A DNA stretch of 17,224 nucleotides. It comes from Utricularia gibba. Lineage: Eukaryota > Plantae > Magnoliophyta. Both the position numbers and the translations under genes were made by a program. Below the pieces are notes generated by a model, which was given only the letters and a program-made list of their open reading frames with translations, made no database searches and had not been told where the DNA came from. The DNA is taken from positions 1-17,224 of the forward strand of contig NEEC01000402.1 in assembly GCA_002189035.1 (NCBI GenBank), read 5' to 3'. Positions within the stretch are counted from its first letter, which is position 1. Each line of letters opens with the position of its first letter. Below, piece by piece: positions 11,204-17,224 of this stretch.

Positions 11204-11511
11204 AAAATCGTGATGCAGTTATTGAAGTTAGGATTTCATGAGCACCCAAAATGCTTTTGTCAATCGCATGCTTTGTAGTTGAGGAGGCGCTCTAGTGGGG
11301 CACGGTATCGGGCAAAAGGTCGAGTCGGGCTCGTCCCAGAGTCATTTTTAGCCTGTCAAAAAAGTGATGCATTTATTAACGTTGGGTTTTAATAGGCTGC
11401 CTACATGGTTTCTCAAGGAAAAGCTTGTCGTTTCTGGGCGGGTGATGTCTTTTGGAACTTCGTTCTGACCATGGTTCGGTCTGACTCCTTTGCCACATCG
11501 GGTCCTACTCG

Positions 11512-13374
11512 ACGAAAATCGTGATGCAGTTATTGAAGTTAGGATTTCATGAGCACCCAAAATGGTTTTCTCAACCGCATGCTTTATATTTGATAAGTGC
11601 TCTCGTGGGGCAACGGTATCGAGTAGGAGGTCGAGTCGAGCTCGGGCCCATAGTCATTTGTAGCTCGGCAAAAAACTTGATGCATTTATTAACGTTGGTT
11701 TTAATAGGCTGCCTCAATGGTTTTCTCAAGGAAAAGCTTGTCGTTTTTGGGCGGGTGATGTCGTTGTGAACTTCGTTCTGACCCAAGGTTCGGTCTGTCT
11801 CCTTTGCCAAATCTGGTCCTACTCGACGAAAATCGTGATGCAGTTATTGAAGTTAGGATTTCATGAGCACCCAAAATGCTTTTGTCAATCGCATGCTTTG
11901 TAGTTGAGGAGGCGCTCTAGTGGGGCACGGTATCGGGCAAAGGTCGAGTCGGCTCGCTCCCAGAGTCATTTTTAGCCTGCAAAAAAAGTGATGCATTTAT
12001 TAACGTTGGGTTTTAATAGGCTGCCTACATGTTTCTCAAGGAAAAGCTTGTCGTTTCTGGCGGGTGATGTCTTTTGGAACTTCGTTCTGACCATAGGTTC
12101 GGTCTGACTCCTTTTGCCACATCGGGTCCTACTCGACGAAAATCGTGATGCAGTTATTGAAGTTAGGATTTCATGAGCACCCAAAATGGTTTTCTCAACC
12201 GCATGCTTTATATTTGATAAGGCTCTCGTGGGGCAACGGTATCGAGTAGGAGGTCGAGTCGAGCTCGGGCCCATAGTCATTTGTAGCCGGCAAAAAACTT
12301 GATGCATTTATTAACGTTGGTTTTAATAGGCTGCCTACAATGTTTCTCAAGGAAAAGCTTGTCGTTTTGGCGGGTGATGTCGTTGTGAACTTCGTTCTGA
12401 CCAAGGTTCGGTCTGACTCCTTTGCCAAATCTGGTCCTACTCGACGAAAATCGTGATGCAGTTATTGAAGTTAGGATTTCATGAGCACCCAAAATGTTTT
12501 CTCAATCGCATGCTTTGTATTTGAGGAGGCGCTCTAGTGGGCACGGTATCGGCAAAAGGTCGAGTCGGGCTCGCCCCAGAGTCATTTTTAGTCAAAAAAA
12601 TTGATGCATTTATTAACGTTGGTTTTAATAGGCTGCCTACATGGTTTCTCAAGGAAAAGCTTGTCGTTTCTGGGCGGGTGATGTCTTTGGAACTTCGTTC
12701 TGACCATAGGTTCGGTCTGACTCCTTTGCCACATCGGGTCCTACTCGACGAAAATCGTGATGCAGTTATTGAAGTTAGGATTCATGAGCACCCAAAATGG
12801 TTTTCTCAACCGCATGCTTTATATTTGATAAGGTGCTCTCGTGGGGCAACGGTATCGAGTAGGAGGTCGAGTCGAGCTCGGCCCATAGTCATTTGTAGCT
12901 CGGCAAAAAACTTGATGCATTTATTAACGGTTGGTTTTAATAGGCTGCCTCAATGGTTTTCTCAAGGAAAAGCTTGTCGTTTTTGGGCGGGTGATGTCGT
13001 TGTGAACTTCGTTCTGACCCAAGGTTCGGTCTGACTCCTTTGCCAATCTGGTCCTACTCGACGAAAATCGTGATGCAGTTATTGAAGTTAGGATTTCATG
13101 AGCACCCAAAATGCTTTTGTCAATCGCATGCTTTGTAGTTGAGGAGGCGCTCTAGTGGGGCACGGTATCGGGCAAAAGGTCGAGTCGGGCTCGCTCCCAG
13201 AGTCATTTTTAGCCTGTCAAAAAAAGTGATGCATTTATTAACGTTGGGTTTTAATAGGCTGCCTACATGGTTTCTCAAGGAAAAGCTTGTCGTTTCTGGG
13301 CGGGTGATGTCTTTTGGAACTTCGTTCTGACCATAGGTTCGGTCTGACTCCTTTGCCACATCGGGTCCTACTCG
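11512..13374 (+). repeat. (BC)x3 higher-order repeat run, unit ~612-627 bp
   Basis: Alternating B and C monomers at 11512/11826, 12136/12444 and 12748/13061. The middle pair carries blended variants and small deletions. Confidence 0.82.
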
Positions 13375-14306
13375 ACGAAAATCGTGATGCAGTTATTGAA
13401 GTTAGATTTCATGAGCACCCAAAATGGTTTTCTCAACCGCATGCTTTATATTTGATAAGGTGCTCTCGTGGGGCAACGGTATCGAGTAGGAGGTCGAGTC
13501 GAGCTCGGCCAGAGTCATTTGTAGCCGGCAAAAAACTTGATGCATTTATTAACGTTGGTTTTAATAGGCTGCCTCAATGTTTTCTCAAGGAAAAGCTTGT
13601 CGTTTTTGGGCGGGTGATGTCTTTTGGAACTTCGTTCTGACCATAGGTTCGGTCTGACTCCTTTGCCACATCGGGTCCTACTCGACGAAAATCGTGATGC
13701 AGTTATTGAAGTTAGGATTTCATGAGCACCCAAAATGGTTTTCTCAACCGCATGCTTTATATTTGATAAGGTGCTCTCGTGGGGCAACGGTATCGAGTAG
13801 GAGGTCGAGTCGAGCTCGGGCCCATAGTCATTTGTAGCTCGGCAAAAAACTTGATGCATTTATAACGTTGGTTTTAATAGGCTGCCTCAATGTTTCTCAA
13901 GGAAAAGCTTGTCGTTTTTGGGCGGGTGATGTCGTTGTGAACTTCGTTCTGACCAAGGTTCGGTCTGTCCTTTGCCAAATCGGTCCTACTCGACGAAAAT
14001 CGTGATGCAGTTATTGAAGTTAGGATTTCATGAGCACCCAAAATGGTTTTCTCAACCGCATGCTTTATATTTGATAAGGTGCTCTCGTGGGGCAACGGTA
14101 TCGAGTAGGAGGTCGAGTCGAGCTCGGGCCCATAGTCATTTGTAGCTCGGCAAAAAACTTGATGCATTTATTAACGGTTGGTTTTAATAGGCTGCCTCAA
14201 TGGTTTCTCAAGGAAAAGCTTGTCGTTTTTGGGCGGGTGATGTCGTTTGAACTTCGTTCTGACCCAAGGTTCGGTCTGTCTCCTTTGCCAAATCTGGTCC
14301 TACTCG

Positions 14307-14618
14307 ACGAAAATCGTGATGCAGTTATTGAAGTTAGGATTTCATGAGCACCCAAAATGCTTTTGTCAATCGCATGCTTTGTAGTTGAGGAGGCGCTCTA
14401 GTGGGGCACGGTATCGGGCAAAAGGTCGAGTCGGCTCGCTCCCAGAGTCATTTTTAGCCTGTCAAAAAAAGTGATGCATTTATTAACGTTGGTTTTAATA
14501 GGCTGCCTACATGGTTTCTCAAGGAAAAGCTTGTCGTTTCTGGGCGGGTGATGTCTTTTGGAACTTCGTTCTGACCATAGGTTCGGTCTGACTCCTTTGC
14601 CACATCGGGTCCTACTCG
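14307..14618 (+). repeat. Representative subfamily C monomer (19 copies)
   Basis: Divergent first half: aaaatgctttt(gt)caatcgcatgctttgtagttgaggaggcgctctagtggggcacggtatcgggcaaaaggtcgagtcgg(g)ctcgctcccagagtcatttttagcctgtcaaaaaaagtg, which lacks SacI. Tail (gatgtcttttggaac, accatagg, tctgactcc, ccacatcggg) is shared with A. Copies start at 623, 1246, 2802, 3429, 4363, 5295, 5911, 6850, 7786, 8724, 9346, 9970, 11204, 11826, 12444, 13061, 14307, 15245 and 16483. Confidence 0.93.
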
Positions 14619-17224
14619 ACGAAAATCGTGATGCAGTTATTGAAGTTAGGATTTCATGAGCACCCAAAATGGTTTTCTCAACCGCATGCTTTATATTTGA
14701 TAAGGCACTCTCGTGGGGCAACGGTATCGAGCAGGAGGTCGAGTCGAGCTCGGCCCAGAGTCATTTGTAGCCCGGCAAAAAAAATTGATGCATTTATTAA
14801 CGTTCGGCTTTATTAGGCTGCCTACATAGTTTCTCAAGGAAAAGCTTGTCGTTTCTGGCGGGTGATGTCTTTTGGAACTTCGTTCTGACCATAGGTTCGG
14901 TCTGACTCCTTTGCCACATCGGGTCCTACTCGACGAAAATCGTGATGCAGTTATTGAAGTTAGGATTCATGAGCACCCAAAATGGTTTTCTCAACCGCAT
15001 GCTTTATATTTGATAAGTGCTCTCGGGGCAACGGTATCGAGTAGGAGGTCGAGTCGAGCTCGGGCCCATAGTCATTTGTAGCTCGGCAAAAAACTTGATG
15101 CATTTATTAACGGTTGGTTTTAATAGGCTGCCTCAATGGTTTTCTCAAGGAAAAGCTTGTCGTTTTTGGGCGGGTGATGTCGTTGTGAACTTCGTTCTGA
15201 CCCAAGGTTCGGTCTGTCTCCTTTGCCAAATCTGGTCCTACTCGACGAAAATCGTGATGCAGTTATTGAAGTTAGGATTTCATGAGCACCCAAAATGCTT
15301 TTTCAATCGCATGCTTTGTAGTTGAGGAGGCGCTCTAGTGGGGCACGGTATCGGGCAAAAGGTCGAGTCGGGCTCGCCCAGAGTCATTTTTAGCCTGCAA
15401 AAAAAGTGATGCATTTATTAACGTTGGTTTTAATAGGCTGCCTACATGGTTTCTCAAGGAAAAGCTTGTCGTTTCTGGGGGTGATGTCTTTTGGAACTTC
15501 GTTCTGACCATAGGTTCGGTCTGACTCCTTTGCCACATCGGGTCCTACTCGACGAAAATCGTGATGCAGTTATTGAAGTTAGGATCATGAGCACCCAAAA
15601 TGGTTTTCTCAACCGCATGCTTTATATTTGATAAGGCACTCTCGTGGGCAACGGTATCGAGCAGGAGTCGAGTCGAGCTCGGGCCCAGAGTCATTTGTAG
15701 CCGGCAAAAAAAATTGATGCATTTATTAACGTTGGCTTTATAGGCTGCCTACATAGGTTTCTCAAGGAAAAGCTTGTCGTTTCTGGCGGGTGATGTCTTT
15801 TGGAACTTCGTTCTGACCATAGGTTCGGTCTGACTCCTTTGCCACATCGGTCCTACTCGACGAAAATCGTGATGCAGTTATTGAAGTTAGGATTTCATGA
15901 GCACCCAAAATGGTTTTCTCAACCGCATGCTTTATATTTGATAAGGTGCTCTCGTGGGCAACGGTATCGAGTAGGAGGTCGAGTCGAGCTCGGGCCCAGA
16001 GTCATTTGTAGCCGGCAAAAAAATTGATGCATTTATTAACGTTGGTTTTAATAGGCTGCCTAATGGTTTTCTCAAGGAAAAGCTTGTCGTTTTGGGCGGG
16101 TGATGTCGTTGGAACTTCGTTCTGACCAAGGTTCGGTCTGTCTCCTTTGCCACATCGGGTCCTACTCGACGAAAATCGTGATGCAGTTATTGAAGTTAGG
16201 ATTTCATGAGCACCCAAAATGGTTTTCTCAACCGCATGCTTTATATTTGATAAGTGCTCTCGTGGGGCAACGGTATCGAGTAGGAGGTCGAGTCGAGCTC
16301 GGGCCCATAGTCATTTGTAGCTCGGCAAAAAACTTGATGCATTTATTAACGGTTGGTTTTAATAGGCTGCCTCAATGGTTTTCTCAAGGAAAAGCTTGTC
16401 GTTTTTGGGCGGTGATGTCGTTGTGAACTTCGTTCTGACCCAAGGTTCGGTCTGTCTCCTTTGCCAAATCTGGTCCTACTCGACGAAAATCGTGATGCAG
16501 TTATTGAAGTTAGGATTTCATGAGCACCCAAAATGCTTTTGTCAATCGCATGCTTTGTAGTTGAGGAGGCGCTCTAGTGGGGCACGGTATCGGGCAAAAG
16601 GTCGAGTCGGGCTCGCCCAGAGTCATTTTTAGCCTGTCAAAAAAGTGATGCATTTATTAACGTTGGGTTTTAATAGGCTGCCTACATGGTTTCTCAAGGA
16701 AAAGCTTGTCGTTTCTGGGCGGGTGATGTCTTTTGGAACTTCGTTCTGACCATAGGTTCGGTCTGACTCCTTTGCCACATCGGGTCCTACTCGACGAAAA
16801 TCGTGATGCAGTTATTGAAGTTAGGATTTCATGAGCACCCAAAATGGTTTTCTCAACCGCATGCTTTATATTTGATAAGGCACTCTCGTGGGGCAACGGT
16901 ATCGAGCAGGAGGTCGAGTCGAGCTCGGGCCAGAGTCATTTGTAGCCCGGCAAAAAAAATTGATGCATTTATTAACGTTCGGCTTTATTAGGCTGCCTAC
17001 ATAGTTTCTCAAGGAAAAGCTTGTCGTTTCTGGGCGGGTGATGTCTTTTGGAACTTCGTTCTGACCAATGTTCGGTCTGACTCCTTTGCCACATCGGGTC
17101 CTACTCGACGAAAATCGTGATGCAGTTATTGAAGTTAGGATTTCATGAGCACCCAAAATGGTTTTCTCAACCGCATGCTTTATATTTGATAAGGTGCTCT
17201 CGTGGGGCAACGGTATCGAGTAGG

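Larger units (their letters stand above)
1..17224 (+). repeat. Tandem satellite DNA array, ~311-316-bp monomer, 55 full copies plus 1 partial, single orientation, extends beyond both window edges
   Basis: The anchor (ggtcctactcg)acgaaaatcgtgatgcagttattgaagttagg recurs at 1, 309, 623, 933, 1246, 1553, 1867, 2178, 2488, 2802, 3113, 3429, 3739, 4048, 4363, 4666, 4979, 5295, 5601, 5911, 6219, 6533, 6850, 7166, 7480, 7786, 8100, 8410, 8724, 9033, 9346, 9657, 9970, 10277, 10586, 10895, ~11204, 11512, 11826, 12136, 12444, 12748, 13061, 13375, 13685, 13993, 14307, 14619, 14933, 15245, 15552, 15860, 16169, 16483, 16794 and 17108. 17107/55 = 311.0 bp mean. No unique sequence lies between units. Strand is arbitrary. 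Confidence 0.99.

Noticed and set aside
73-17210. About 80 ORFs of 60-178 aa on both strands (e.g. 8599-9135, 12537-13034, 10797-11249, and the recurring MGAHEILTSITASRFSSSRTR... peptide)
   Set aside because: They are translations of the same satellite monomer. Starts, ends and frames shift with 1-bp indels from copy to copy, I recognise no protein domain, and no reading frame is preserved.
1-17224. CRISPR array
   Set aside because: The unit is ~311 bp, the sequence between conserved blocks is homologous in every copy rather than unique spacers, and there are no cas genes.
1-17224. 5S rDNA, tRNA or SINE tandem array (unit size and ggttcggtc superficially recall a Pol III B box)
   Set aside because: I find no recognisable 5S or tRNA sequence or cloverleaf. 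ggttcggtctg does not fit GGTTCGANNCC and has no properly spaced A box.
1-17224. Transposon insertion, inversion or LTR/MITE within the array
   Set aside because: The anchor recurs every 303-317 bp in the same orientation from start to end, leaving no room for an insertion. No terminal inverted repeats, target-site duplications or strand switch were seen.

Overview
The whole 17,224-bp window is one uninterrupted head-to-tail satellite DNA array: 55 complete monomers of 303-317 bp (mean about 311 bp, undamaged consensus about 314-316 bp) plus a partial 56th, all in one orientation. I find no credible gene, RNA gene, transposon or CRISPR array; the ORF track is repeated translation of the satellite. 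The array has three levels of structure. (1) Each monomer is an old, diverged dimer of two ~157-bp halves. (2) Monomers fall into three subfamilies: A (11 copies), B (22) and C (19), plus 3 A/B mosaics. (3) Their order is non-random: A B C B C A m B B C B C A B C B B C B C A B C B B C A B C B C B C A A A C B C B C B C m B B C A B C A m B C A (B). C never follows C and follows B in 18 of 19 cases, giving a ~625-bp BC dimer inside variable-length A-led higher-order blocks. Frequent homopolymer indels and blended monomers suggest residual long-read or consensus error. The organism cannot be read from the sequence; a eukaryotic, possibly plant, heterochromatic satellite is the best inference. All counts were made by eye.
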